A program made the position numbers and the translations under genes. The notes under the pieces were generated by a model, which saw nothing but the letters and a program-made list of their open reading frames with translations, was not told the origin of the DNA and made no database searches. From contig DBCO01000010.1 of assembly GCA_002293145.1 (NCBI GenBank), positions 217,759 to 281,758 on the forward strand: a stretch of 64,000 nt of DNA. The letters run 5' to 3'. This DNA is from Akkermansiaceae bacterium UBA956 (GTDB lineage Bacteria > Verrucomicrobiota > Verrucomicrobiia > Verrucomicrobiales > Akkermansiaceae). Of the stretch, positions 44,722-53,094 are shown piece by piece. Within the stretch, counting starts at the first letter, position 1, and every line of letters begins with the position of its first letter.

Positions 44722-45153
44722 TTACTTCTCATCGATCGATAGACCATTCCACTGGGCTTGTGGATGGGAGGCTTGGGCGGTTAGGCTGATGCCGCCGCGT
44801 GGGGAAAAATCTCCGCGGACGACGGCCTCGCGCGGGTTGACTGCGCTGACGATGTCTCTGAGGATGCGATTGACGATTTCTTCGTTGAAGGCTTGGTGGT
44901 TGCGGAAGGAGGTGAGGTAAAATTTGAGCGATTTGGTCTCGATGCAGTTTTCGCTGGGGATGTAGCGGATTTGAATGCGCGCGGTATCGGGCTGGCCGGT
45001 TACAGGACAGAGCGAGGAGAATTCAGGAAAATCGAGATGGACCCAGTAGTGGGCTTGCGGACTGCGGTTGGGAAATGTCTCAAGTTTGGCCTGCTCGGGA
45101 GATTGCGGCCAGGAGGTCTGAGAGTTGCCCAAGAGGGTGAGTGTATCGCTCAT
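44722..45153 (-). CDS. queF: NADPH-dependent 7-cyano-7-deazaguanine (preQ0) reductase, type I
   Basis: Catalytic Cys context FSSLCPVTGQPD and QueF motif IETKSLKFYLTSFRN. 143 aa. Confidence 0.92.
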   Translation of the reverse strand: MSDTLTLLGNSQTSWPQSPEQAKLETFPNRSPQAHYWVHLDFPEFSSLCPVTGQPDTARIQIRYIPSENCIETKSLKFYLTSFRNHQAFNEEIVNRILRDIVSAVNPREAVVRGDFSPRGGISLTAQASHPQAQWNGLSIDEK

Positions 45154-45260
45154 GGAGATAGGGTAGCATGATGGCAGAGAGATTTCAATGCGAAATGGTG
45201 GGATAAACGCTCTACCACTGTGCCTTGTTTGCTTTTATGCACGGCTATGTTTTCATTTTA

Positions 45261-45308
45261 CCGAAAAAAACAGAAAAAGCGCAAAATTTGGATTTCGATA
45301 ATTTTGCG
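45261..45308 (-). terminator. intrinsic terminator downstream of htrA (possibly bidirectional)
   Basis: 9-bp stem CGCAAAATT / AATTTTGCG (45280-45288 / 45300-45308) with an 11-nt loop. On the minus strand it is followed by CTTTTTCTGTTTTTTTCGG. On the plus strand it is followed by ATTTTTG. Confidence 0.55.
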
Positions 45309-45362
45309 ATTTTTGCGGCCAGAAATTCAAAAGGAGCATCGTTATGCGATCCTAACAGATTG

Positions 45363-46865
45363 TTATTTCTCCACTGTCTCGGGTGGGAGGCTTTGGAGGG
45401 TGAGGGTCATGGTTTGGCGATTGCGGATGAGGGTGACTTGGGTGGCCTGAACCGCGATGGAGGCGACGAATTGCTGATAGAAATCCTGGGCGTGGCGCAC
45501 GGGATTTTGGTTGATGGCAATGATGATGTCGTTGGGGTGAATCATCGAGGAGCCGAAGCCGTTCGGGTCGACTTCCGTGACCAGTGCACCAGTGTAGCCA
45601 CGGCTGGACTCGATGGAGGAAAAGGAACGAACGAGGATGCCATATTTGCGGATGATTTCCATCGGCTCACGGGCCTTGGTGATGTCCCCACTGCTACTTT
45701 GCAGTTGGTTGGGAATGTTTTCGGTGATGGTGGTCTTGAGTTCGAGGATTTCGCCCGCGCGCCAGACTTTGATGGGGATTTCTTGGCCGGCTGGGGTGCG
45801 CTGCACCAAGCTGATCAATTGATTGGGTGTTTGGATTTTGCGGCCGTTGTATTCCATGATCACATCGCGAGCTTGCAGTCCGGTGGATTCGGCGGGCGAG
45901 CCTTTGACGGTATCGATGACGAGGCTGCCATGATCTTCGGTGTAACCGTAGGCTTGGCGAATCCGCGCATCGAGCGGATGCATGTGGACGCCGAGGAAGC
46001 CATGCACGGGACGGCCTTTTTCGAGGATTTGCTTGAGCGTTTCACCGACATCGTTGGAGGGGATGGAGAAGCCGACACCCTGGAAACCGGGATTTTCTTT
46101 GTCGGGAGAAAAAATGGCTACGTTAATGCCGACGATTTCACCTTGGAGGTTGACCAAGGGTCCTCCCGAGTTGCCCGGATTGATGGCAGCATCGGTTTGG
46201 AAAAGATCGCGCTGTTGGTCGGAAATGGAGCGTTCTTTGGCGGAGATGATGCCTTGGGTCACCGTCTCGCTCAGTCCGAAGGGATTGCCTACGGCGAAGA
46301 CGATTTGTCCGACTTTGACCTGCGAGGAATCGCCGAGCTTGAGCGGTGTGAAGGGTCCGGGAGCTTCAATTTTCAGTACGGCGAGATCGAGCATGCTGTC
46401 CTCGCCAATGAGGACGGCGGGGTAGGATTTGCCATCGTGCAAGGTGACTTGGATTTGAGTTTGGCCGGAGATCACGTGTTGATTGGTGACGACGTGGCCT
46501 TCGTTGGTGACGATCACGCCGGAGCCTTGACCTTGGGTCATTTCTCGGCGGACGCGCGCGCGGCCCCAGGGATCGCGCAGGAGTTGCTCGCGCACGCCAG
46601 CGGTATCGATGCTGACAACCGATGGAACCACCGCTTGGGTGAGTTTTGCGTATTCGTCATTGAGTCGGGATAAAAGATCCATGTCGCCCAGTTCCAGCGG
46701 TGGCTTTTCGGGGAGCGTGTATTTTTCGGGGCGATGGGGGTCTTGAGGAAAAAACACCTGCCACGGGGAGCTGCCCTTTTGGTACATGCGTAATGCGGAT
46801 ACGGCAAGAAACGCCACAGCGGCGACGAGGAGCAGAGATAGAAAGCTACGAAGTGACGATTTCAT
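45363..46865 (-). CDS. htrA: HtrA/DegP-family periplasmic serine protease with two PDZ domains
   Basis: Catalytic triad contexts TNQHVI (His), DLAVLKI (Asp) and GNSGGPLVN (Ser). Two PDZ-like regions are present. The signal anchor starts at the ATG at 46865 (MKSSLRSFLSLLLVAAVAFLAV). Confidence 0.92.
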   Translation of the reverse strand: MKSSLRSFLSLLLVAAVAFLAVSALRMYQKGSSPWQVFFPQDPHRPEKYTLPEKPPLELGDMDLLSRLNDEYAKLTQAVVPSVVSIDTAGVREQLLRDPWGRARVRREMTQGQGSGVIVTNEGHVVTNQHVISGQTQIQVTLHDGKSYPAVLIGEDSMLDLAVLKIEAPGPFTPLKLGDSSQVKVGQIVFAVGNPFGLSETVTQGIISAKERSISDQQRDLFQTDAAINPGNSGGPLVNLQGEIVGINVAIFSPDKENPGFQGVGFSIPSNDVGETLKQILEKGRPVHGFLGVHMHPLDARIRQAYGYTEDHGSLVIDTVKGSPAESTGLQARDVIMEYNGRKIQTPNQLISLVQRTPAGQEIPIKVWRAGEILELKTTITENIPNQLQSSSGDITKAREPMEIIRKYGILVRSFSSIESSRGYTGALVTEVDPNGFGSSMIHPNDIIIAINQNPVRHAQDFYQQFVASIAVQATQVTLIRNRQTMTLTLQSLPPETVEK

Positions 46866-47045
46866 GGGTGTGAAATGAAGAGCCTTGAATACAATAGTCA
46901 ATTTCTCCGATTTGCAAGGGCAAACGCCAGCGGTGGCAGAGGCTATGAGTGAATGCTATGAATGGGAAACCACGAAAAACACCAAATACACGAAAGCAAA
47001 GACAGCTTGGATGGGGTGCTTTGCTTTTTTGATCGATCACTCATT

Positions 47046-47444
47046 TCACGACTTTGGCATGAGATCGATGCCGAATTTGCGCAGCACGATGACAGTGATC
47101 CAGAATAGTGCGATGGTCATGGCGCAGTTGGCGAGCAGGGCGGGCCAAAAGGTCCAGCCTTGGCGGAGTAGCCAGGGAAAGACGAGAAACATCGGTAGGG
47201 TTGGGAGGACGAACCAGAAGGTGCCTTCGGCGTGATTGGCAATGCGGGTGCTGCTTTGTTTTTCTTGGTGCATCCACACCATGGCGATCAGAGAAGTGAA
47301 AGGCAGCGCGATAAGCAAGGCGGATAAGCGCTCGTGAAACAACTGCACTTTGGTGACGATGACGATTAAGAGGGCTGTAACGAGTAGCTTGACCACATCC
47401 ATGGCGGAAAATTGAAAAAGTTGTGACCAAGGGTTAGGCGTCAT
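47046..47444 (-). CDS. small integral membrane protein (4 TM, DUF3147-like)
   Basis: 132 aa with four hydrophobic segments. The stop lies close to the upstream oxidoreductase gene. Confidence 0.55.
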   Translation of the reverse strand: MTPNPWSQLFQFSAMDVVKLLVTALLIVIVTKVQLFHERLSALLIALPFTSLIAMVWMHQEKQSSTRIANHAEGTFWFVLPTLPMFLVFPWLLRQGWTFWPALLANCAMTIALFWITVIVLRKFGIDLMPKS

Positions 47445-47465
47445 GGTGGAATAATCGTTAGTTTG

Positions 47466-48542
47466 TTAGAGGTCTACGGTGCGGCCGGTGCGGAAGCTTT
47501 TATCGGCCGCGGCAACGATGCGCATGGATTGGATGGCGTCGTTCATGTGGTCACTGAGGTCGAGATCTTCGCGGATGGCGCGGAGGAAATACTCTTGTTC
47601 GCGGAGGCATAAGCCATCGTGATCGGGTTCGTCATCGAGGCGGATCATTTCGTCGGCATGGATAAATTTTCCATCGGCATCGAGTGGTGAGTGGTGGAGC
47701 TTGAGGGCTTGGGTCTGGGTGTGGGCGTTAACGTCAGCGCTTTTGCCCTCGGCGGCGGCTTTTTCGGCAACGATGCTGACGCAACCTTTTGGGCCTACGA
47801 CATCTTTGACGAAAAATGCGACTTCGCTCATCATCGGGCCCCATCCTGCTTCATACCAGCCGACCGAGCCATCATCGAAGGTGACTTGGAGGTGGCCGTA
47901 GTTGATTTTTCCTTCAGGTAGTTCATCGGAGAGGCGTGCCCCAAGCCCCGATACGCGGATCGGCTTGGATTTGGTCATCTGGCACATCACATCGACGTAG
48001 TGAACGCCGCAATCGATGATCGGCGAAATCGATGACATCAGGTTTTTGTGCGTGTTCCAGTTTGCGCCGGAAGATTGCTGATTGAGGTTCATGCGCATGA
48101 CCAATGGCTTGCCGAGAGTCTGAGCGACCTCGATAAATTTGATCCAACTGGGATGGTGGCGGAGGATGTAGCCGATGGTGAGCTTGCGCTTGCACTCGAT
48201 GGCCTTGGCGACGATGCGCTCGGCAGCTTCCACTGTTTCAGCGAGTGGTTTTTCAATGAATACATGGCATCCTGCCTCCAGTGCGGCGAGTGCATAGTCG
48301 GCGTGTGTATCGGGAAATGTCGAGATCGAGACGGCATCGGGCTTGGTCTCGGCGAGGGCTTGGTAGTAGTCGCCAAAGAGTGCGTAGTTGCCGCCGAGTT
48401 CGGCATTTAGTTGTTCCCGTGACGAGGCAGAGCGCGTGACGAGACCACAGATCGAAAAACCATCGAGCTGGTGATAGGCGAGAGCATGAGAGCGGCCCAT
48501 GTGACCGGCGCCGACGCAGAGGATACGAACAGGATTGTGCAT
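47466..48542 (-). CDS. Gfo/Idh/MocA-family NAD(P)-dependent oxidoreductase
   Basis: N-terminal Rossmann fold VRILCVGAGHMGRSHALAY, plus HVFIEKPLA and a C-terminal alpha/beta domain. Confidence 0.88.
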   Translation of the reverse strand: MHNPVRILCVGAGHMGRSHALAYHQLDGFSICGLVTRSASSREQLNAELGGNYALFGDYYQALAETKPDAVSISTFPDTHADYALAALEAGCHVFIEKPLAETVEAAERIVAKAIECKRKLTIGYILRHHPSWIKFIEVAQTLGKPLVMRMNLNQQSSGANWNTHKNLMSSISPIIDCGVHYVDVMCQMTKSKPIRVSGLGARLSDELPEGKINYGHLQVTFDDGSVGWYEAGWGPMMSEVAFFVKDVVGPKGCVSIVAEKAAAEGKSADVNAHTQTQALKLHHSPLDADGKFIHADEMIRLDDEPDHDGLCLREQEYFLRAIREDLDLSDHMNDAIQSMRIVAAADKSFRTGRTVDL

Positions 48543-48685
48543 GGAAAAATGCTACAGAGAATGGCCAGCGCTGTCGAGTGAGAATGAAGAGGAAGTTTGC
48601 AAAGATGGGAACATAGTCGCGCGGGGAAAGAGTCTGGCATTTTGGGATTGCGGTGTAAGCTAGATGCACGTAAATCTCGATCGAC

Positions 48686-49609
48686 ATGAATGTAGTAGCA
48701 TTATTCTCCGGACAAGGGGCTCAGAAAGTGGGCATGGGCAAGGATTTCTATGAATCATCGGCGACGGCGCGGGCGATGATGGATGAAGCGGACGAGGTCT
48801 TGGGATTTTCTCTCACTAAGTTAATGTTTGAGGGTCCTGAAGAGGAATTGACGCGCACTTCACGTTGTCAGCCTGCTCTTTATTTGCATGGATTAGTTGC
48901 GCTAGCCATGTTGAAGGAGCGTATGGATGGACTCAAGGTGGAGGCTGCGGCGGGGCTATCGCTAGGTGAATTTACGGCACATGCTGCGGCATCGACTTTT
49001 TCCTTTACCGATGGCTTGCGCTTGGTAGCGAAGCGTGGCGAGTTGATGGAGCAAGCTTGCCAGAATACGGAGGGCTCCATGGCGGCCTTGATTGGTGGTG
49101 AAGAAGCGCAGATCCGTGAGCTGGCCGCGGCATGCAATGTAGACGTTGCAAATCTCAATGCACCAGGCCAGATTGTGTTGTCTGGCTCGGTGGCGGGCAT
49201 TGATGCAGTGGTCGAAAAAGCGAAAGATTTCGGCATCCGCCGCGCGATTAAGCTGAACGTGGCGGGCGCGTATCATTCGAGTCTGATGCAAAGCGCGCAA
49301 GATGCGCTTGCGTTGGAGATGCAAGGCGTGGCGATGCAATCACCGCAAGTCCCTGTGGTTTGCAACTTCGGTGCCTGCGAGGTTTCTGATACCGCAGTCA
49401 TTCGTGAAATGTTAGAGAAGCAAGTGACGGGATCCGTTCGCTGGATAGAGTCGATTGAGGCGCTGCGAGCGAAAGGATTTACGCACTTTATCGAGTTCGG
49501 GCCAGGCAAAGTGATTGCAGGATTGGTCGGAAAGATCGATAAAGATGCGCAAATCATTAGCGTCGAGGACCTTGCAAGCCTTGAAGCAGCGATAGAAAGT
49601 GGGGTTTGA
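48686..49609 (+). CDS. fabD: malonyl-CoA:ACP transacylase
   Basis: ALFSGQGAQKVGMG, active-site GLSLGEFTA, NAPGQIVLSG and AYHSSLM. Confidence 0.95.
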   Translation: MNVVALFSGQGAQKVGMGKDFYESSATARAMMDEADEVLGFSLTKLMFEGPEEELTRTSRCQPALYLHGLVALAMLKERMDGLKVEAAAGLSLGEFTAHAAASTFSFTDGLRLVAKRGELMEQACQNTEGSMAALIGGEEAQIRELAAACNVDVANLNAPGQIVLSGSVAGIDAVVEKAKDFGIRRAIKLNVAGAYHSSLMQSAQDALALEMQGVAMQSPQVPVVCNFGACEVSDTAVIREMLEKQVTGSVRWIESIEALRAKGFTHFIEFGPGKVIAGLVGKIDKDAQIISVEDLASLEAAIESGV

Positions 49610-49641
49610 AGAAAGAATTTTTATTTTTTTGTATTTTCTTA

Positions 49642-49670
49642 TTGCCAAATTGTGTGGATCTCACTAGTTT
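49642..49670 (+). promoter_or_regulatory. candidate sigma-70-type promoter for tRNA-Asp
   Basis: TTGCCA (49642-49647), a 17-nt spacer, then TAGTTT (49665-49670). An AT-rich UP-like tract lies upstream. The tRNA begins 21 nt after the -10 element. Confidence 0.3.
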
Positions 49671-49690
49671 CCCGCCGCCCGAGTGAACGG

Positions 49691-49767
49691 GGAGCGGTAG
49701 CTCAGTTGGTTAGAGCGCCAGCCTGTCACGTTGGAGGCCGCGGGTTCAAGTCCCGTCCGCTCCGCCA
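49691..49767 (+). tRNA. tRNA-Asp (anticodon GTC)
   Basis: GGAGCGGTAGCTCAGTTGGTTAGAGCGCCAGCCTGTCACGTTGGAGGCCGCGGGTTCAAGTCCCGTCCGCTCCGCCA. The acceptor stem GGAGCGG/CCGCTCC, the anticodon loop CT-GTC-AC, the T-arm GGTTCAAGTCC and an encoded CCA are all present. It closely parallels E. coli tRNA-Asp. Confidence 0.95.
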
Positions 49768-49819
49768 CTCACTCAGGTTTTTCAGATTATTTGTTTTTGT
49801 TTTTCAATGTTTTTGCAAG

Positions 49820-49848
49820 CGGCTTCTTGGTAACAAGAAGCCGTTTTG
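49820..49848 (+). terminator. intrinsic terminator after tRNA-Asp
   Basis: Perfect 10-bp stem CGGCTTCTTG / CAAGAAGCCG with loop GTAA, followed by TTTTG. Confidence 0.8.
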
Positions 49849-49949
49849 TATGTGGAGGGATTCGCGTCTTGCGATGACTAAACAATGAGCCGAGCGGGAA
49901 ATGCGTCCAGCATTTTTCTGTTGCGCTTTTGTTTCAGAGAAGTTGCCGA

Positions 49950-49972
49950 GAAAAACTTTCCCTTTCCGCTTG
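49950..49972 (+). repeat. 23-bp perfect direct repeat, copy 1 (GAAAAACTTTCCCTTTCCGCTTG)
   Basis: Identical to 53030-53052. It lies 183 nt downstream of the tRNA-Asp 3' end. Confidence 0.9.
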
Positions 49973-50285
49973 TTTCACGTTCCTCAGAAGGCAAAGAGGC
50001 AAAATTCGGGATCATGCTCAAAAACTCAAACTGTTTTTAGGAAAAAGCAGTCATTTTGATTTGTTGTATCTAGCGTAAGTCTCTTACTATTAATAATTTG
50101 TTAGAGAAATGAAATTTAGTAAACGCAATCTGTTTTTGTCATTCAAAAAAACGATAAAGAAATCAACTGGAAAACGCAAATCAAAGCTTGCGGAATCGGA
50201 TCTGATGAAGTATTTAAGTGGCGTGGACAGTAATTTGGTGAAAATAACCTCAAGTAATGCACTTTCTCATCAAGAAATGCTCATT

Positions 50286-50304
50286 TCCAAGGACTGACCC
50301 CATT
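50286..50304 (+). repeat. 19-bp repeat copy 3 (solo): TCCAAGGACTGACCCCATT
   Basis: The match to copy 2 extends to AAATGC(T/G)CATTTCCAAGGACTGACCCCATT, 30 nt with 1 mismatch. It sits inside the AT-rich islet, just before the 227-aa gene. Confidence 0.9.
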
Positions 50305-50339
50305 TATGTTCATACTATACCTTTAGGAGAGACGCCGCC

Positions 50340-51023
50340 ATGCGAATAATACAAGCAAAAGAATTGGTATTGTTTTTTTTGAATATATTTTGCTGTTGCG
50401 TTTTTTCGCAAAATATTAATTCTCACGAAAATCATGAGAATCAAAGTGTTTTCGAATTAATTGACAAAAAACTGGTTTTATTAAATCAGTCGCATAACTT
50501 GAAAAAAGAAGAAATACTTTTTATTTTTAATAAATACACATCAATGGAAAAGTCAACAGATATCGATGGTGTGATTTCTATGTTTTCAACCAATGATCCT
50601 TATTTGGATTTCCTAAAACCGGAAGATGCTAAAAAAAGATGGATTGAAATTGCGTCGCGCGTAAAATCCTACGAAGTATTAGGTTTCTTAGTAAATTTAG
50701 ATAGCGATACGCCCACTGATGTTGTATATCTGACAGAAATGGATAAAACAGGGCGTTTTGTAAGTATATTGAGCGTAAGACAGGAAGATGGGCAACTGAA
50801 AATTATCAGCAACAACTCAACTCCTGATTCCCCTATTTACAAGATAATTAATTGGTGGTCAGCAAACTATCCACATGTACCACAAGTTGTTACAACTCAA
50901 TCTAGCAGAAAATATCTTGCTGTTAATTCCGCCGACACTAATAATAAATACACGACAATACTTGTATGTATTGCTAGCTTATTGATCATAGGTCTCATTT
51001 TATGGAAAGTCAGAAAAAAATAA
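50340..51023 (+). CDS. hypothetical exported protein with C-terminal TM anchor (AT-rich islet)
   Basis: 227 aa. N-terminal hydrophobic signal LVLFFLNIFCCCVFSQ and C-terminal TM ILVCIASLLIIGLILW followed by KVRKK. Codon usage is strongly AT-biased relative to the neighbours. Confidence 0.6.
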   Translation: MRIIQAKELVLFFLNIFCCCVFSQNINSHENHENQSVFELIDKKLVLLNQSHNLKKEEILFIFNKYTSMEKSTDIDGVISMFSTNDPYLDFLKPEDAKKRWIEIASRVKSYEVLGFLVNLDSDTPTDVVYLTEMDKTGRFVSILSVRQEDGQLKIISNNSTPDSPIYKIINWWSANYPHVPQVVTTQSSRKYLAVNSADTNNKYTTILVCIASLLIIGLILWKVRKK

Positions 51024-51032
51024 TAGGTTGTT

Positions 51033-51410
51033 TTGTCAATCATTATGGTAGTTGCTATTAATGATGTCCCTGATTTGTCAATATATTTTCCGTTTAGCGT
51101 AGTACTAATTGGGCTTCTTTTGAGCCTTCTGTTTATCTACGCTACGTTTAAATTTAGAAACAAGTCTATCACAATTATCAGAGCAAATGGTGTGAATTTT
51201 TTATGTGGTGTTTGTGAAGGTGACTTGGAGATAAAAAATCTAGAAAGTTTTAAAGTTGATGAAGTTAAACAACGTGTAACTAACGGAATAAAAATGTTGT
51301 ACTATTTTAAATACGATAAATATAATATATTTCACTCATTTAATTATAACGAGGTAAAGCAATATGAAAAAGATGTCATTAGCTCATTATCAAAAAAATA
51401 TCACGAATAA
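51033..51410 (+). CDS. hypothetical small membrane protein (AT-rich islet)
   Basis: 125 aa with one TM (FPFSVVLIGLLLSLLFIYATF). It begins 9 nt after the previous gene and is AT-rich. Confidence 0.5.
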   Translation: MSIIMVVAINDVPDLSIYFPFSVVLIGLLLSLLFIYATFKFRNKSITIIRANGVNFLCGVCEGDLEIKNLESFKVDEVKQRVTNGIKMLYYFKYDKYNIFHSFNYNEVKQYEKDVISSLSKKYHE

Positions 51411-51470
51411 TGGAGTGCTAAACGGCTAATCTTTTCAGGTCTTAATGCAACGATTTTCTCGAAGTGACAT

Positions 51471-51908
51471 ATGTTCAGAACCTCATTTAGTGGTTTCTTT
51501 TTAGTGTTTTTTTTATTTCTGATAAGCTGTAATAAAACGGGCTCTAAAGAAATTTACTTAGTAGTCGAGATGGAGGCGCAACAAGTTGATTTTCTGACTG
51601 ATGAGAAAACTTTACTAGTTGATAGCAGGTCTGTAGAAGCGTTCAATTCGTCTCATTATCCAACTTCTGTAAACATTACCAGCAACATGATTAAGAATTC
51701 TCCAACAGAAGTGATGAAAGTATTAAATAGTCGTAAATATAATCGCATTGTTGTTTATTGTTATGGAAATTCCTGTGACACATCTAGTCTTGTAGCGCGA
51801 CATTTGGTCTACACTGGAAAAGATGTATGTGTCTATAAAGCGGGGTGGGAAAACATTAAGTATCTATGTCCGAAATCTCAGGAGTCCTCGCACGGTAACA
51901 ACTTTTAG
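51471..51908 (+). CDS. rhodanese-domain lipoprotein (AT-rich islet)
   Basis: Lipobox FLFLIS|C. Rhodanese-like VDSRSVEAFNSSHYPTSVNI and active-site loop context IVVYCYGNSCDTSS, then VYKAGWENI. Confidence 0.65.
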   Translation: MFRTSFSGFFLVFFLFLISCNKTGSKEIYLVVEMEAQQVDFLTDEKTLLVDSRSVEAFNSSHYPTSVNITSNMIKNSPTEVMKVLNSRKYNRIVVYCYGNSCDTSSLVARHLVYTGKDVCVYKAGWENIKYLCPKSQESSHGNNF

Positions 51909-52016
51909 TTATTCTAAAGCTCCGGTTAAGATATAACATGTTGATTTTGCTTTGTTTTTTTATAATGGAACTGTCTTTGAAAACCTCAGTCGCTCACCTC
52001 ACAATAACCTGCTACG

Positions 52017-52928
52017 ATGAAGAATAAAAACATTTATGTGATCGCGCTACTTCTTCTCACGGCGGGATTATTTGTTTGGTGGGGGTTGCGTGGAGAGGAA
52101 AAACGCACGCGCGAGGATGTCAGTCGAAATGTTTCCTCCACGCATGAACCGCGTCCCGGTAAGGCTTCTTCTCGATCTGGGCAGGAGTTTTCAGATGGTG
52201 AAGTAGGTCTGGGTGAAGAGAGTGAAGCAAGAATCGGCAAAGCGTTGTCGATTCCGCCTGCGAATGTGAAGGCGTTGCCTGTGGATGATGCTGGTGCTTT
52301 GCCAGCGCGGGCGATTTCATCTGATGATGCGATTTTAGCAGCGGGGGGCTTGGGGGAAGTGAAGGCGAAAGCACCAGAAGTCTCGGAAGAATTGCGCAAG
52401 AAGCGGCTGAAGTCGATTGTGGCGAAGGATTGGGGTGAGAGTGCAAATCTCTTGGTGAATGAACTGCGGGCGGGCAGGGGATTTGAAGTGCCGTTGGAGA
52501 ATGTGGAAGCATTTCTGAGAGGCAAAGACTTATTTGGTTGGCCGGAAGGGCAGCGGAATTGGATCGGCGATGAGATGATGACGATGTTACGCCAAGAAGT
52601 GCCGCAGAAGGCGTATGAACTGTTTTCTAACATCCAAGCCGATGGCACAGCTCCCGAAGCGATGCGGGATTACAGCATTCAGCACATTTCGCATTTGATC
52701 GCGGATGGGCAGGCGGGGCAAGAGGGGGCTGATTTGATCCGTGCTGCGTATGAATCAGGGAGCACTGTGCTGGCAAGTACCGCATTGATTTCCTTGCATC
52801 GTTTGAGCGAAAAATCACCCGAGTTGGTGAAAGCCGATGATGTCAAACGCTACGCGCAGGATTCTGTGAACAGCACGGATGAACGGTTGAAGGCTACAGC
52901 TCAGGCGATTTTGAAAGAGGGCGAGTGA
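52017..52928 (+). CDS. hypothetical membrane-anchored protein with helical-repeat (HEAT-like) C-terminal half
   Basis: 303 aa with N-terminal TM IYVIALLLLTAGLFVWW. GC content is normal, unlike the three genes upstream. No family recognised. Confidence 0.55.
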   Translation: MKNKNIYVIALLLLTAGLFVWWGLRGEEKRTREDVSRNVSSTHEPRPGKASSRSGQEFSDGEVGLGEESEARIGKALSIPPANVKALPVDDAGALPARAISSDDAILAAGGLGEVKAKAPEVSEELRKKRLKSIVAKDWGESANLLVNELRAGRGFEVPLENVEAFLRGKDLFGWPEGQRNWIGDEMMTMLRQEVPQKAYELFSNIQADGTAPEAMRDYSIQHISHLIADGQAGQEGADLIRAAYESGSTVLASTALISLHRLSEKSPELVKADDVKRYAQDSVNSTDERLKATAQAILKEGE

Positions 52929-52960
52929 AGAAAACAGGCGCTACGCACGTTTGCTTTGAC

Positions 52961-53000
52961 CGCCGCCTTGCAGGACAGGCCGCCGCCTTGCAGGACAGGC
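52961..53000 (+). repeat. perfect 20-bp tandem duplication (CGCCGCCTTGCAGGACAGGC x2)
   Basis: Read directly from the sequence. It lies 33 nt after the stop of the 303-aa gene and 30 nt before direct-repeat copy 2. Confidence 0.9.
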
Positions 53001-53029
53001 CTACAAGATGTCTATTTTCCTTTTATCGT

Positions 53030-53052
53030 GAAAAACTTTCCCTTTCCGCTTG
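53030..53052 (+). repeat. 23-bp perfect direct repeat, copy 2 (GAAAAACTTTCCCTTTCCGCTTG)
   Basis: Identical to 49950-49972 and 3080 bp away from it. It lies 43 nt upstream of the kinase ATG at 53095. Confidence 0.9.
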
Positions 53053-53094
53053 GCAATTCCGTTGTTTTCTAGGAAGAATCCCCGCCAAGTTCTT

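Noticed and set aside
45154-45362. Possible preQ1 riboswitch upstream of queF
   Set aside because: I read the 209-nt region on the minus strand. I found only the htrA terminator hairpin and no preQ1-type pseudoknot consensus that I could recognise. I cannot exclude a divergent class without an Rfam scan.
45225-46673. 482-aa ORF on the plus strand (Gly/Asp/Ala-rich)
   Set aside because: It is entirely antisense to the well-supported htrA/degP gene. It is low-complexity with no recognisable motifs, a typical shadow ORF in GC-biased codon-position-3 DNA.
50109-50297. 62-aa Lys-rich ORF ending in ISKD-stop
   Set aside because: Its 3' end is supplied by the REP-like repeat. Only the last ~30 nt resemble the HUH gene end, so it is not a transposase remnant, and coding status is unsupported.
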